A stretch of DNA of 64,000 nucleotides, taken from contig CAVXYE010000018.1 of assembly GCA_963765865.1 (NCBI GenBank), forward strand, positions 166,184 to 230,183, written 5' to 3'. Shown here one piece after another: positions 19,002 to 30,313 of this stretch. Below the pieces are notes generated by a model. That model was not told the origin of the DNA, did not search any database, and was given only the letters and a program-made list of their open reading frames with translations. This DNA comes from an uncultured Actinomycetes bacterium. GTDB lineage: Bacteria > Actinomycetota > UBA4738 > HRBIN12. The stretch's first letter is position 1, and each line of letters starts with the position of its first letter. The position numbers and the translations under genes are program-made.

Positions 19002-20400
19002 GTGACGTCGATCCAGATGCCGCAGCTCGGCGAGACGATCGTCGAGGGCACGATCCTGAAGTGGCTCAAGCGCGAAGGGGACGCGGTCGCTCGGGACGAG
19101 CCGCTGTTCGAGATCTCGACGGACAAGGTCGACACCGAGGTGCCTTCGCCCGTGGCGGGCACGGTGACGAAGATCCTGGTCGACGAAGGCGCGACCGTTC
19201 CGGTCGGGACGGCGCTCATGGAGATCTCCGAGGCGGGCGGCGCGGCAAGTGGCGACGCCGCCTCCGGTGGCGCGGCTTCCTCACCCGCTTCCGGGGCGGC
19301 GCCTTCGAGCGAAGCGGTCGCTGAGCCGTCGACGGGCGCCGCCTCCTCAGAGGGATCGTCAGCCGCGCCACCTGCGGCTCCTGCGGCTCCGGCGGCTCCG
19401 GTCGGCTCCTGCGGCTCCCGTGGCTCCGGCGGCGGCTGCGGCCCCGGCGGTTGCGGCGGTGGCGACCGTGCCCGATCGCGGGCCGCGTTCGCAGATCCTC
19501 TCGCCGCTCGTTCGCCGACTGGCGAAGGAACACGACCTGGACCTCGCGCGGATCGCGGGGACCGGGAGCGGCGGAAGGATCACGAAGGCGGACGTGATGG
19601 CGGTCATCTCATCGGGTGGGCAGGTCGCGCCCGCGACCGCGGGCGCGACCGCCCCGGCCACGGCGCCGGCGCAGCCGATGCCCGCGCCGAGCGCGGGCAT
19701 CGGCGAAGAGATCGTTCCCGTCTCCCACATCCGGCGGGCGATCGCCGAGCACATGCTCGCCTCCACCCAGACGTCCGCGCGCGCCTGGACCATGGTGGAG
19801 GTGAACGTCGATCACCTCGTCAAGCTCCGTGAGCGGATCAAGGCCACGTTCCAGGATCGCTACGGCGTCAAGATCACCTACCTCCCGATGGTCGTTCGCG
19901 CGACCGTCGATGCGTTGCTGGAGTACCCGGACGTCAACGCACGCTTGGACGGCGACAACATCGTTCGTCACCGGTTCGTGAACATGGGGATCGCCGTCAG
20001 CTACGACGCGGGACTCATCGTGCCGGTGATCAAGGGCGCCGACGGGATGAACACGATCGGCGTCGCCAGGGCCATCGCGGACCTGGCGGCACGCGCCCGG
20101 TCGCACCAGCTCCGGCCTGACGAGGTGCAGGGGGCCACGTTCACGATCACGAACCCCGGTCCGTACGGATCCGTCGCGAGCGTCCCGATCATCAACCAGC
20201 CGAACGTCGGCATCCTGTCCTTCGACGCGATCGTGAAGCGTCCGGTGGTGATCGACGACGCGATCGCGATCAGGAGCATGGTCAACATCTCGATGTCGTG
20301 GGATCACCGGGTGATCGACGGCGAGCTTGCCACCCGGTTCCTCGCGCGCGTGAAGGAGAACCTCGAGACCTGGGACTTCGCCGAGGACCTGGGCGTCTGA
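19002..20400 (+). CDS. Dihydrolipoamide acyltransferase (E2); frameshift near 19402 in the linker
   Basis: Lipoyl domain STDKVDTE, PSBD SPLVRRLAKE..GTGSGGRITKAD, catalytic DHRVIDG. Confidence 0.9.
19374..19447 (+). repeat. Imperfect 9-bp tandem repeat (GCGGCTCCN) encoding the Ala/Pro linker
   Basis: gcggctcct gcggctccg gcggctccg gtcggctcct gcggctcccg... Confidence 0.75.
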
Positions 20401-20414
20401 GGGCGGCCCATCGC

Positions 20415-21113
20415 ATGCCCGTACCCGCCTGGCTGATCCGACCCGGAACGGTCCCGTACGACGTCGCGAACGCGGTGATGCATCGGCTGGCGGAACGACG
20501 ACTGGCCGACGAGATCCCGGACACGGTCATCCTCCTCGAGCACCCTCCCGTCTTCACCGCAGGGCGTCGTGCGAAGGCCGACGAGCTGCTGTGGTCTCCG
20601 GACGAGGTCGAAGCACGCGGCGGGCTCGTTCGCATGATCGACCGCGGAGGTTCCTTCACGTTCCACGGTCCGGGTCAACTCGTCGGGTATCCGATCCTCG
20701 GGCTCGGATCGAGACCGGACGCGGTCGACTACCTCCGGCGGCTCGAGGAAGCGGTGATCGGCATCTGTGCGGATGTCGGCGTGGCGAGCGAGCGTCGAGC
20801 CGACGTGCAGACCGGCGTGTGGGTCGGCGACGACAAGATCTGCGCGATCGGCGTTCGCCTGATGCGGGCACGCGTCACGCTGCACGGGTTCGCGCTCAAC
20901 TGCGAGACCGACCTCTCGTGGTTCCGCGGGATCGTCGCGTGCGGCCTCCCGGACCGCGGACAGACCTCGCTGTCGGCTCAGCTGGGTCGTCGCGTGGGCG
21001 TAGCCGATGTTCTCCCGCTCGCCGAGCGGCACCTGGCCGAGGTGTTCGATCTCGCGTTCGAACCCGCGCCCCGCGAGATCGTCACAGCGTTCCAGGTCGC
21101 CGATGCCGTCTGA
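20415..21113 (+). CDS. lipB: Lipoyl(octanoyl) transferase
   Basis: LEHPPVFTAG, DRGGSFTFHGPGQLVGYP, KICAIG, HGFALN. Confidence 0.95.
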   Translation: MPVPAWLIRPGTVPYDVANAVMHRLAERRLADEIPDTVILLEHPPVFTAGRRAKADELLWSPDEVEARGGLVRMIDRGGSFTFHGPGQLVGYPILGLGSRPDAVDYLRRLEEAVIGICADVGVASERRADVQTGVWVGDDKICAIGVRLMRARVTLHGFALNCETDLSWFRGIVACGLPDRGQTSLSAQLGRRVGVADVLPLAERHLAEVFDLAFEPAPREIVTAFQVADAV

Positions 21114-21855
21114 CGCTCGCGTCCATCCCTCGGTCCTCGGCTTCGAGCGCGCCGTCGCCGACTACGAGCGGGGACGCCCCGGGTTCCCCGATCGAGCCAT
21201 CGCGTTCCTGGACGACCGGTTGTCACTGGGTCCGGGGCGAACGCTCCTGGAGCTGGGCGCGGGAACCGGCAAGCTCACGCGTCTGCTGGCCCCGTCGGGG
21301 GCGCGCATCCTCGCTGTGGAACCGCTCGTCGCGATGCGCGAGGCCCTGAGCCACAACCTCCCGGAGGTGGAGATCCTCGACGCCGTGGCCGAGGACCTGC
21401 CGCTGGCGGACGGCGCCGTCGACGCAGCCGTGGCGGCGCAAGCGTTCCACTGGTTCGACGGCGAACGCGCCCTCTCCGAGCTGGCCCGCGTGCTGCGGCC
21501 CGGTGCGCCGATCGCCCTCGTGTGGAACGTCCGCGACGAGTCGGTCCCGTGGATCCGAGGGCTCACGGAGCTGATCGAGCCGCACCGAGGCGACACGCCG
21601 AGCCACCGGTCGCTCCGGTGGAGAGCCGCCTTCGATGCGAGCGATGCGTTTCCGCCGCCGGAGCTCACCTCGTTCCCGTACGTGCACGACACCACGCGGG
21701 AGGGGATCGTCGCGCGTGTCTCGTCGATCAGCTTCATCGCGACCCTCGCGCCGGACGAGCGAGAGCGGGTGGCCGCCGCCGTCCGCCGGCTGGTCCCGGC
21801 GGAGCAGGTCGCGTTCGCGTACCGGACGGATGTCTGGATCAGCCGGCGAGCCTGA
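21103..21855 (+). CDS. Class I SAM-dependent methyltransferase
   Basis: YERGRP, LELGAGTGKLT, AQAFHWF, LRPG. Confidence 0.9.
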   Translation: MPSDARVHPSVLGFERAVADYERGRPGFPDRAIAFLDDRLSLGPGRTLLELGAGTGKLTRLLAPSGARILAVEPLVAMREALSHNLPEVEILDAVAEDLPLADGAVDAAVAAQAFHWFDGERALSELARVLRPGAPIALVWNVRDESVPWIRGLTELIEPHRGDTPSHRSLRWRAAFDASDAFPPPELTSFPYVHDTTREGIVARVSSISFIATLAPDERERVAAAVRRLVPAEQVAFAYRTDVWISRRA

Positions 21856-21858
21856 GGC

Positions 21859-22602
21859 TCAGGCTTCGGCGACGATCGCGTAGCGGGGGCGTCTCGTCAG
21901 CGGGCCGAGCGGCCATGGCTCCCGTTGTTCCGCCGCCCACTCGACGTCGAGGAGCCGCTCGAGCTGCACCGCGCGCCACCCGGCCGCGCGCACGGCGTCG
22001 ACGAATGGCGCCGGCGTCGTGGTCGCCGCGAGCGGAAGGTGGCGCACCACGCCTTCCGGATACGGCCCGTGGTGATCGTCGGCGTCACCCCGGATCCGGT
22101 GGATGAGGGCGACGATCCCGTCCTTGACCTTGACGAGCGGACCCTCACCCCCCCACGAACCTTCGAACAAGACGACGCGGCCGGTGGGGGCAACCGCACG
22201 CCAGGCGCTGAACGCGGCGACGGGATCCGGAAGCGTCCAGGCGACGTGTCGCTCGATCACGGCATCGAACGGCCCATCCGGCGGTGCCTCGGCCGCCCCG
22301 ACCACGAATGAGATCGCCGAACCGCGCTCCTCCGCCTTGCGACGCGCGCGGTCGAGCATCCCTTCGGAGAGGTCGAGCGCGGTGACCTCGTGACCAAGCT
22401 CGGCGGCGAGCAGGGAGAGCGAGCCGGTCCCGGCCCCCACGTCCAACACGCGCGAGGGCGGCGCCGGGAGGAACCGCCGCAGCGCCGCCCTCCAGGCGGC
22501 CGCCTCCACCGGATCGGATATCGCGTGGCCGACCGAACGGTCGTAGTGATGCGCATCCGCATCCCACCAGTCCCGGATCGAGCCGTGCAGGTCAGGCACC
22601 AT
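21859..22602 (-). CDS. Class I SAM-dependent methyltransferase
   Basis: VLDVGAGTG, DLSEGML, FDAVIERHVAWTLPDP. Confidence 0.88.
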   Translation of the reverse strand: MVPDLHGSIRDWWDADAHHYDRSVGHAISDPVEAAAWRAALRRFLPAPPSRVLDVGAGTGSLSLLAAELGHEVTALDLSEGMLDRARRKAEERGSAISFVVGAAEAPPDGPFDAVIERHVAWTLPDPVAAFSAWRAVAPTGRVVLFEGSWGGEGPLVKVKDGIVALIHRIRGDADDHHGPYPEGVVRHLPLAATTTPAPFVDAVRAAGWRAVQLERLLDVEWAAEQREPWPLGPLTRRPRYAIVAEA

Positions 22603-22622
22603 CGTCGGGCTCTCCCCTGTCC

Positions 22623-23426
22623 TCAATACAACGCCGATGCGAGCCGCCGCCGGTACTCGGGCACCAGCTCGTGCTCGTCCCCGAGCACGGCGAACGACGT
22701 GATCAGCGCCTCCCGGGCGCCATCACGGTCCTCGGCGAGCGCTGCGATCATGCCGGGGAGCGCGGCCGCCCAATCGCCGGCCGCCGCGAGCCGCTTCGCC
22801 TCGGCGAGCGTCCCGTCACCCGTTCCCTCGGCCCAGTCGTGGACGGCGAGCACCGCACGCAGTCGCTCGGCCTCGGGTGCGGGGAGATGCTTCGCCACGA
22901 GCGCTCGCGCCTCGTCGAGCTCGCCGCGGTCGATCAGCAGCTTGGCGAGCCCCAGCCCCGCATCCTCGTTCTCCGGGTCCTCGGCGAGGGCGTCCCGGAA
23001 CCCGCGCTCCGCAGCGGCGACGTCGCCCGACTCGGCGGCCTGCTCGGCCTCCTTCGCGTCGAGCTCGGCGCCGGTCGGCAGGATCGAATCGATGAACCGG
23101 TTGACCTCCTCCTCGGGATAGGCACCGATGAACATCGAGACCGGCTGGCCGTCGCGGAAGGCGACCACGGTCGGGATGCCCTGGGAGCGCACGGCTTGCA
23201 AGAGGGACTGACCGACGCTGTTCGCGTCGATGTCCACCTTGGCGAGCAGGAACGCCCCCTCCCGCTCCGCCGCGACCTTCTCCAGCATCGGGCCCAGCGT
23301 CCTGCAGGGACCGCACCACTCAGCCCACAGGTCGACGACGACGGGCCGTTCGCTCGAGCCCTCGATGACGGTCCGCTCGAAGGTCTCGTCGGTCACTTCG
23401 ATGACGTGTTCCATGGTCGTGCTCAT
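22623..23426 (-). CDS. Thioredoxin-TPR protein (YbbN/CnoX-like)
   Basis: WCGPC thioredoxin domain, helical TPR region, YRRRLASALY C-terminus. Confidence 0.9.
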   Translation of the reverse strand: MSTTMEHVIEVTDETFERTVIEGSSERPVVVDLWAEWCGPCRTLGPMLEKVAAEREGAFLLAKVDIDANSVGQSLLQAVRSQGIPTVVAFRDGQPVSMFIGAYPEEEVNRFIDSILPTGAELDAKEAEQAAESGDVAAAERGFRDALAEDPENEDAGLGLAKLLIDRGELDEARALVAKHLPAPEAERLRAVLAVHDWAEGTGDGTLAEAKRLAAAGDWAAALPGMIAALAEDRDGAREALITSFAVLGDEHELVPEYRRRLASALY

Positions 23427-23580
23427 GCTAAGAGAGATCCTTCCCTCGGATGACCAGGCGACCGGCGCCGCCCATCATGGAGCGCAACGCCTCGACCCGC
23501 TGCGGTTGTTCCCGCCTCCCGGGCCGGAGGTCGATCCAGGCCCCGGTGTAGACTCGCCGCAGGGTGCGAGGAGGCACGAC

Positions 23581-24594
23581 GTGTCCGCGCAGGTGACCGA
23601 GACGGCCCACGGGTCCCTGGGGCTCGCCGTCGACGATCTGCTGGGCATGCACCGCACCATGGTGACGGCTCGGCTGATCGACGAAGCCGCGCTCCGACAG
23701 AACCGGATGGGACGTGCTCCCTTCGTCGTCCCCGTCTCGGGTCACGAGGGCTGCCAGATCGGGACGGCGTGGCCCATGCGTCGCGGCACGGACATCTGGG
23801 TCCCGTATTACCGAGACCTCGGCGTGGTCCTGGTTGCGGGGATGACGCCGGAACAGATCTTCCTGGGGGTGTTCTCGAAGGCGACCGACCCGACCTCGGG
23901 CGGTCGCCAGATGCCGAGCCACTGGAGCTCGAAGGAGCTCGGGATCGTCAGCCACTCCTCGCCGATCGCGACGCAGGTCCCCCACGCGGCCGGGATCGCG
24001 TACGCCATGAAGTACCGGAACGAGGATGCCGTCGTCGCGAGCTGGTTCGGGGAGGGCGCGACCAGCGAGGGTGACTGGCACGAGGGCCTGAACATCGCCG
24101 CGATCCATCGCCTCCCCGTCGTGTTCATCTGCGAGAACAACGAGTACGCGATCAGCGTGCCGCAGTCCAAGCAGATGGCGGTGGCCGACGTCGCGACCCG
24201 CGCCGCGGGGTACGGGATCCCGGGGTTCGTGGTCGACGGCAACGACGTCCTCGCCTGTTTCCGCGTGATGAAGGATGCGCACGACCGCGCTCGCGCCGGC
24301 GAAGGACCGACCTTGATCGAGTGCAAGACCTATCGCTTCCTCCCTCACACGTCCGACGACGACGACAAGTCCTACCGGTCGCGCGAAGAGGTCGAGGAAC
24401 GCCGGAGCCACGATCCCATCGAACGGTTCGCCACGTACCTCATCGACGCAGGCATCACCGATCGAGACACCATCCAGGCCGTTCACGACGAGGTGAAGTC
24501 CCAGGTGGAGGCGGCGATCACGGCCGCCTGGGACGCTCCCGATCCCGATCCGTCGACCGCGACCCGCAACGTCTTCGCCGAGGGCGACGCGTGA
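23581..24594 (+). CDS. 2-oxoacid dehydrogenase E1 alpha (copy 2), branched-chain type
   Basis: GHEGCQ, PYYRD, GRQMPSH, GEGATSEGDWHEG..NN, PHTSDDD; GAGGAGG SD. Confidence 0.9.
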   Translation: MSAQVTETAHGSLGLAVDDLLGMHRTMVTARLIDEAALRQNRMGRAPFVVPVSGHEGCQIGTAWPMRRGTDIWVPYYRDLGVVLVAGMTPEQIFLGVFSKATDPTSGGRQMPSHWSSKELGIVSHSSPIATQVPHAAGIAYAMKYRNEDAVVASWFGEGATSEGDWHEGLNIAAIHRLPVVFICENNEYAISVPQSKQMAVADVATRAAGYGIPGFVVDGNDVLACFRVMKDAHDRARAGEGPTLIECKTYRFLPHTSDDDDKSYRSREEVEERRSHDPIERFATYLIDAGITDRDTIQAVHDEVKSQVEAAITAAWDAPDPDPSTATRNVFAEGDA

Positions 24595-25580
24595 CGGAGA
24601 AGAACCTCGTCACCGCGATCCGGGACACCCTCCACCACGAGATGGCGGCCGACGACCGCATCGTGTTGATCGGTCAAGACGTCGGCGCGCGCGGCGGCGT
24701 GTTCAAGGTCTCCGAGGGGTTCATGGCCGAGTTCGGGGAGCAACGCGTCGTCGATGCGCCGCTCGCCGAGTCCGGCATCGTCGGGGTGGCGATCGGGATG
24801 GCGCTCCACGGTCTCCTGCCGATCGCCGAGATCGAGTTCGCGGACTTCATCCACCCGGCGTTCGATCAGATCCTTTCCGAGGCGTCCCGCATGCGGTACC
24901 GAACGAACGGCGATTGGGGATGCCCGATGGTCATCCGAGCGCCGTGCGGCGGCGGGATCCACGGGGCGCTGTACCACTCGCAATCGATCGAAGCGTTCTA
25001 CGCGCACATCCCCGGTGTGAAGGTCGTCATGCCGTCGACCCCGGCCGATGCCGCCGGACTGCTGCGCACGGCGATCGCCGACCCCGACCCGGTCTTGTTC
25101 CTCGAGCACAAGAAGTGCTACCGCGTGATCAAGGGTGAGGTGCCGGACGTCCCCCAGGCCATACCGATCGGTCGGGCCGACGTGAAACGGGAAGGCACGG
25201 ACCTCACGGTCGTGAGTTACGGCTACGACCTCCACCGCTGTCTCGATGCCGCAGCGCGGCTCGAGGAGGGCGAAGGGATCCACGCCGAGGTCGTCGACGT
25301 GCGCTCCCTCGCGCCCCTCGACACCGAGACGATCCTCGCGTCGGTACGCAAGACGGCACGCGCGATGGTCGTGTACGAGGACAATCGAACCTACGGTGCC
25401 GGTGCCGAGATCGCGGCGACGATCGCGGAGCAGGCCATGTTCGACCTCGACGCGCCGATCGTGCGCATCGGCGGCCCGGACATCCCGGCGATGCCGTTCG
25501 CGGCCGCGCTCGAGCACTTCTACATGGAGCCCGAGCCGGACCACATCTTCGTCGCGATGCGCGACCTCGCGCACTTCTGA
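24591..25580 (+). CDS. 2-oxoacid dehydrogenase E1 beta (copy 2), branched-chain type
   Basis: GQDVGARGGVF, EIEFADF, GGIHGALYHSQS, FLEHKKCY. Confidence 0.9.
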   Translation: MTEKNLVTAIRDTLHHEMAADDRIVLIGQDVGARGGVFKVSEGFMAEFGEQRVVDAPLAESGIVGVAIGMALHGLLPIAEIEFADFIHPAFDQILSEASRMRYRTNGDWGCPMVIRAPCGGGIHGALYHSQSIEAFYAHIPGVKVVMPSTPADAAGLLRTAIADPDPVLFLEHKKCYRVIKGEVPDVPQAIPIGRADVKREGTDLTVVSYGYDLHRCLDAAARLEEGEGIHAEVVDVRSLAPLDTETILASVRKTARAMVVYEDNRTYGAGAEIAATIAEQAMFDLDAPIVRIGGPDIPAMPFAAALEHFYMEPEPDHIFVAMRDLAHF

Positions 25581-25655
25581 GTCCCGCCGGGCGGGCCAGC
25601 CCGCACGTCTCCCTCCGGGCCTCGATCGCCGAGAGGGGCACGGGTGGGCGGGAAG

Positions 25656-25683
25656 TTCAGACGCCCCGTTCCTCGCCCGATAA
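25656..25683 (+). promoter_or_regulatory. Sigma28/WhiG-type promoter
   Basis: TTCA-N16-CCCGATAA, 10 nt before GTG 25694; same spacing as 12311. Confidence 0.5.
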
Positions 25684-25693
25684 CCGGTGGGAC

Positions 25694-28600
25694 GTGCGCG
25701 AACGTGTGCGGCCATCCAGCCCCCCTCGGCGGCCGAACGGACGACGCGACGTGCTCAGCGTCGTGGCGGCCGTGGCCGTCCTCTTCGCGTTGGGCAGCGC
25801 TCTCGGGATCTTCGAGCGGCTGCAGGATCGACTGGCCTCCGACGGTCTCGGCCGGCTGCTCGGTCTCGCTCTCCTGTCGCTCGTCGGAACCGCGATCCTC
25901 GCGCTTCGTCGGTCATCCCACGCGGATCGGGAGCAGCGCCTGCGTGAGACGGCCGACGCCCGTCTGCGCGCGTTGATCGAGGGAACGCCGGCCGTCTCGT
26001 ACAGCTGGGACCCGTCGACGCATCGACACCTCTACGTCAGCCCGCAGGTGGAGCAGCTCCTCGGCGTCTCTCCGGAGCGCTACACCGACGACTGGGTGGA
26101 GATGATGCACCCCGACGACCGGGAGCGCGTCCTGGCGTCGTCGGCGGACGCCGACGACGCCGGGACGCGGTTCGTTGCCGAGTACCGCTCGTACCGGGCC
26201 GATGGACAGCTCGTCTGGATCCGCGACGAGGCGAACTACGTCGCGTTCGACGCGAGTGGTGGCCCGACCCTGTCGCAAGGGGTGATGTACGACATCACGG
26301 CCCGGAAGGAGGCAGACGATCGAGCGTTCGCCGCCGAACGGCAGTACCAGACGCTGGTCGAGCGCGTGCCCGCGATCGCGTACGTCTGGGATGCGGAGCA
26401 TGCCCCCGGCATGGCTCCGGCCACGTACATCAGCCCGCAGATCGAGCACGTGCTCGGATACGACGCTGCGGACTGGATGCGCGATCCGGCTGCCTGGCAC
26501 GACCACGCGCATCCCGATGACGCGCCACGTGTGCTCGAGGCATGGAGCGCCGCCGTCACGGAACGCCGGCCGTTCGTCGACGAGTACCGGATGCGCGCGG
26601 CCGACGGATCATGGCGCTGGCTCCGAGACGAGGCGAATCCGGTCACGGAAAACTCGGGAGGCAGCCTGATCTATCAGGGCGTGATGCTCGACATCACCGA
26701 GCGTCACGACGCGGAGGACCGTCTCCGCGAGGCGGAAGAGCGGTGGCGCACGCTCCTGGAACATCTTCCCGTCGTGGCCTACATGATCGAGTCGACGCGC
26801 GAGGGCGACGTCAGCGAGCGCTGGGTCGCGCCGGGCATCGAAGCGCTCGTGGGCGTGAGCCCCGCCGAGTGGCTGGGAGACCTGCAGACGTGGGCGCGGA
26901 TGTTGCATCCGGACGACCGCGAGGAGGTCCTCGCCGGGTGGGAGGCGACGGCCAGGGTCGGCCTGCCGTTCGATATGGAGTATCGGATGATCCACCGCGA
27001 CGGACGGGTTATCTGGGTGCACGACCAGGCGGTCTCGGTGCTCAGCGACGGTCGCTTCTACGCCGAAGGCGTGTTCTATGACGTGACGGCTCGCCGAACG
27101 GCCGAACGCGCCCTCATGCAAGCCGAAGACCGGTTCAGGAGCCTCGTGGAGCGGCTCCCGCAGATCGTGTACGTCGAGGACGCCGTCACCGGTGAGGACG
27201 TGTACGTCAGCCCGCAGATCGAGGCGGTCTACGGCTACACGCCCGAGGAATGGACGGCGGACCCTGGGCTGTGGGAGCAGAGCATCCATCCGGATGATCG
27301 CGCGTGGGTGATGGCCGCGGATCAGGCCGACACGGGCGACCGGTGGAGCGTCGATCACCGATCGATCACCCGCGACGGACGGGTGATCTGGATCCATAAC
27401 GACGCGGAGCTCTTGCGCGACGGCGAAGGGAAGCCCCTGTACTGGCAGGGCGTGATCTACGACATCACCGAGCGCAAGCAAGCGGAGGAGAAGCTGCGTG
27501 AGGCCGAGGAGCGCTACCGCACGCTCGTCGAGCAGCTCCCGGTCGCGATCTACACGGACGCGACGGACGACCTGAGCACCGCGCTCTACATCAGCCCTCA
27601 GTACGAACGCCTCACCGGCTACAGCCCCGAGCAACGTCTGATGGATCCAGGCCTGTGGGTCCGCATGCTGCATCCCGACGACCGCGAGCGCGTGCTCGTG
27701 GAGTCGAAACGAACGAACGAGACGGGAGATCCGTTCGACGTCGAGTACCGGGTCGTCCGGGCCGACGGCACCATCACCTGGCTGCACGACCATGCGATGG
27801 TGGTCGCCGGTCCGGACGGCAAACGTCTGTGGCACGGCGTGCTCCAGGACATCACGGCGGAGAAGGCAGCCGAAGAGCAGCTGCGCGAGGCGGAAGAGCG
27901 ATACCGGCAGCTCGTCGAGGAGATCCCGGCGATCACGTATCTCGACGAGTTCGACCCGAACGACCCGGATCGCTGGCCGACCGTCTACATCAGCCCGCAG
28001 GTCGAGACGATCCTCGGCTACACGCCGGAGGAGTGGCAGGCCAACCCCTGGATCTGGAAGGAGATGATCCATCCGGACGACCGCGAGCGGGTCGCCGAAG
28101 CGGAGCACGACCACTACGTGGATGGCGAGCCGCTCGACGTGGAGCATCGGGTCACCGGGAAGGACGGAACGGTCCGGTGGTTACGCGACCAAGCCTCGAT
28201 CGTTCGGGACGAGGACGGGCGACCGCGGTTCAGCCACGGCTTCCTGATCGATGTCGGCGAGCGCAAGGCAGCCGAGCAAGCGATGCACGATGCCGAGCGC
28301 CGATACCGATCGCTGATCGAGACGCTGCCGTCGGTGACGTACATCGACACGCTCGGCGAAGACTCGGTCCCGGTCTACGTCAGCCCGCAGGTCGCCACGA
28401 TCTTCGGGTACGCGCCCGACGAATGGCGATCGATGGATCGGCTCTGGCGCAGCCGCCTCCACCCCGACGATCGCGAGCGGACGCTCGATGCGGTCCGGGC
28501 GCATGCCTCGACGTTGGAGCCCTTCGACGCCGAGTACCGGTTCCAACATCGTGATGGCACCTGGATGTGGGTGCGCGACCAGGCGGTCGTGATCCGAGAC

Positions 28601-29867
28601 CAGGAGGGCACACCGTTGTTCTCCCAAGGCGTCATGCATGACGTCACCCGAGAGAAGACCGCCGAACGGAGGCTCCGAGATGCCGAAGAGCGCTACCGAG
28701 GGATCGTCGAGCACATCCCCGCTGCGATCTACCTCGATCGGCCAGACGCCAGCATGGAGTCGGTCTACGTCAGCCCCCAGATCTTCGAGATCGCCGGTGT
28801 CACCCCGGAGCAGTGGCTGGAGGATGCCGAGCTGTGGCTCCGCCTGATGGATCCGATCGAACGAGATGCGGTCGGGGCGAGCTACACGCTCGCGGCGACA
28901 TCGGGGATGCCCTGGAGCGCCGAGTATCGCTTGCATACCCCCGACGGCCGTACGATCTGGGTGCACGACGAGACCACGTTCCTACACGCTGACGACGGCA
29001 CGCCGCTGTACCTCCAGGGCGTCATCTTCGACATCACGGAACGCAAGCTGGCAGAGCAGGCTCTGCGCGAGAGCGAACAGCGGGAGCGGGACGCGGCCGA
29101 ACGGCTCCGCGCGCTCGACGAGATGAAGAACACGTTCCTCGCCGCGGTCTCGCACGAGCTTCGCAGTCCTCTCACCTCCATCCTCGGGCTGTCCCTCACC
29201 CTCGAGCGGACACCGGAGATGCCCGACGCCGACCGGGGGGATCTGCTCCGGCGATTGGCGCAGAACGCATCGAAGCTCGACCGGCTGCTGAAGGATCTGT
29301 TGGACATCGATCGGCTCAACCGGGGCATCGTGGAGCCCGCAGTACCGCGTGACCGACGTGGGCGCCCTCGCGCGGCGGACCGTCGAGAGCCTCGACATCC
29401 TGAGCGGGCGAGAAGTGGTCGCCGAGGCCGATGCGGTCGTGATCGCGGTCGATCCGGCGAAGGTCGAACGGATCGTCGAGAACCTGCTCATGAACGCCGC
29501 GCGGCATACGGCCCCCGACCGGCGGATCTGGCTCAGGGTGACGGCGCGCGACGGCGGCGTCGCGATCGCGGTCGAGGACGACGGTCCGGGGGTTCCGGCC
29601 GAGATCCGCGGGGCGATCTTCGAGCCCTTCCGTCAGGGTCCGACGGCGTCACCGCATGCGCCCGGGACGGGGATCGGACTCTCGCTCGTCGCCAGGTTCG
29701 CCCAGCTGCACGGAGGCCGCGCCTGGGTCGGCGAGCGCGAGGGCGGCGGCGCGGCCTTCCACGTCTTCCTCCCGGGCCAGCGGGACGGAGCCCTCGCGAC
29801 CGGCCCATCTCCCGCGACCGGCCAGGACGAGGGCGATGCGCAGCTGTCACGCGCCGACGTCGGCTGA
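25694..29867 (+). CDS. Membrane histidine kinase with 8 tandem PAS/PAC domains; frameshift near 29337
   Basis: 2 TM helices, 8 repeats of Y.SPQ..HPDDRE..W..D..DIT, AVSHELRSP, then in a shifted frame ENLLMNA, DDGPG, GTGIGL. Confidence 0.9.
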
Positions 29868-29870
29868 GCC

Positions 29871-30290
29871 TCAGCCCGACGGCGTCCGATCGCAGGCCAG
29901 ATCCTCGACCACGGCGTCGTAGGCGCCTCCGAGGCGGCGCGCGGGCGCGGCCGCCTCGGCGGCGACCTTCGAGAAGGGATCGTCGTCGCCGATGCCGTCC
30001 AGGAGGTCGCGGTAGTCATCACGCGCTGCTGAGAACGCCCCGCCCATCGGATCGGGGACCGCGTCGGACCCCTCGACCGCGCTTACCGTGCTCGTGAGCT
30101 TCTCGATGTCCCCGCGGACCTCCCCCACGCTCGTCCCCGGGCTCGGCGCTTCGAGGAAGCTCACCGTCGCCCGAAGGTTGCGCAGGTCATCACAGATCGA
30201 CGCCGTTCGCGCCTCACCAGACCCGTTGCACGCGGTCGCCGACAGCGCGAGGACCACGATGACCGCTGCGACACGGAGGGTCGGTGACAC
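29871..30290 (-). CDS. Hypothetical lipoprotein
   Basis: Signal peptide with ATAC lipobox; TACGCT 6 nt before GTG 30290. Confidence 0.65.
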   Translation of the reverse strand: MSPTLRVAAVIVVLALSATACNGSGEARTASICDDLRNLRATVSFLEAPSPGTSVGEVRGDIEKLTSTVSAVEGSDAVPDPMGGAFSAARDDYRDLLDGIGDDDPFSKVAAEAAAPARRLGGAYDAVVEDLACDRTPSG

Positions 30291-30313
30291 GGTCCGAGCG
30301 TACACTCGGCTCG

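Noticed and set aside
19374-19447. Phase variation of E2 via the 9-bp repeat
   Set aside because: Unit changes of 9 bp keep the frame; the break is one extra base, like the other probable sequencing errors
25970-29060. Recurring DNA words (TACGTCAGCCCGCAG, CATCCGGACGACCGCGAG) as a CRISPR or repeat array
   Set aside because: They encode conserved PAS motifs about 375 bp apart within one ORF; no cas genes or spacer structure
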